From: Octopus sinensis
Lineage: Eukaryota
DNA length: 64,000 bases
Reading direction: 5' to 3'
NCBI RefSeq assembly: GCF_006345805.1
Contig: NC_043009.1
Span: forward strand, 44,640,001 to 44,704,000
Shown here: positions 63,363 to 64,000 of the stretch, in pieces
Position numbering within the stretch: the first letter of the stretch is position 1
Layout: the number at the start of each line of letters is the position of its first letter
Made by a program: the position numbers and the translations under genes
The notes under the pieces: model-generated
Told to the model about the DNA's origin: nothing
What the model saw: only the letters and a program-made list of their open reading frames with translations
Database searches by the model: none

Positions 63363-63904
63363 GTTGGATAGCGTCACTACAGTTGTATGCGTGTGCAATA
63401 AGTACAGAGCATTGAAAGAGTCTATAATATGACGTTAGAAGAATGTTCAGACACAAGGATGATAAATACCAGTTCGTAGTCAAGGTACACGATAGTTCAG
63501 GTGCTGTATCAAGAAATTGAGGCTGCAATACAGAGCCAGTTGAGGCACGTGTCGTGCGTGAAGCTGTGGCTACTATGCAGAGCCGGTTACTTGGTACAGA
63601 AGGTTCTCGCAGGTTGTGTTTGCTGTTACCATAGTGAAGTAATTCACGAACAGTGTTGAGATAGAACCTGTGCGACGTTTGCTTGTTGCTGTGTACGTAG
63701 AGAGATGTTGTTGACGACGTTAAGAAGACGGAGGCGATAGAGATGGAGGTCCTGAATGCTGCTGGACGAAGTTGATGGGTCTCCATGTGGCTGCTGTTGT
63801 CACTGGAACTGGCTGTATGCTCTGTCGTCAGTGGTTAGACCTCAAAAGGTCTAGAACCGAAAGACATCCAGACGGTGTGAGGCTAGCGTTTTATACTATG
63901 CTAT

Positions 63905-63990
63905 CGGCTCACCGGAAGTTTGGAAGAGACTGTCTCACGTGACCTTATCAGAAGGCTGCGATTGGTTGGGTCGCATATTGGCGCGCAATA
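63905..63990. promoter_or_regulatory. Promoter motif cluster (ETS, E-box, two CCAAT boxes, E2F-like site); associated gene not identified
   Basis: ACCGGAAGT (63911), TCACGTGAC (63935), ATTGG (63961, 63977), TTGGCGCGCAA (63978). Confidence 0.6.
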
Positions 63991-64000
63991 GAGAAAGAGA

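Noticed and set aside
63123-63371. ORF MSGGKPSIRLLRELVDH..., faintly like the FMC1 N-terminus (LLREL)
   Set aside because: Similarity is limited to five residues, the downstream FMC1 motifs are absent, and no second exon was found.

Overview
AT-rich, repeat-dense animal genomic DNA. The SINE/LINE/microsatellite landscape points to an octopod cephalopod (inferred from recalled repeat types, not database-checked). Two spliced genes can be read by hand, head to head. (1) A TMEM144 homologue on the minus strand has 8 coding exons between 24695 and 350, all GT-AG and phase-consistent, and runs off the left edge. (2) ETFRF1/LYRM5 on the plus strand has 2 coding exons (46672-46725, 51943-52152; 87 aa). 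Most ORFs in the supplied track are spurious microsatellite or SINE frames. The rest is transposon debris: a 3.1-kb Tx1/L1-clade LINE, CR1-, RTE- and Penelope-type fragments, a Tc1 remnant, a deleted Helitron, piggyBac/pogo/mariner/hAT MITEs and many tRNA-headed SINEs. Most interesting observations: two abundant SINE families share their 3' tails with two different LINEs that are both present in the window, one through a stem-loop whose sequence varies while its pairing is kept; an orphan NRF1/ETS promoter-like island with a structured downstream segment lies inside a TMEM144 intron; several long inverted repeats lie in introns (candidate dsRNA, editing or circRNA substrates); and TMEM144 has an extra 48-nt symmetric exon. 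I found no clearly new protein-coding system, and the novelty claims are hypotheses.
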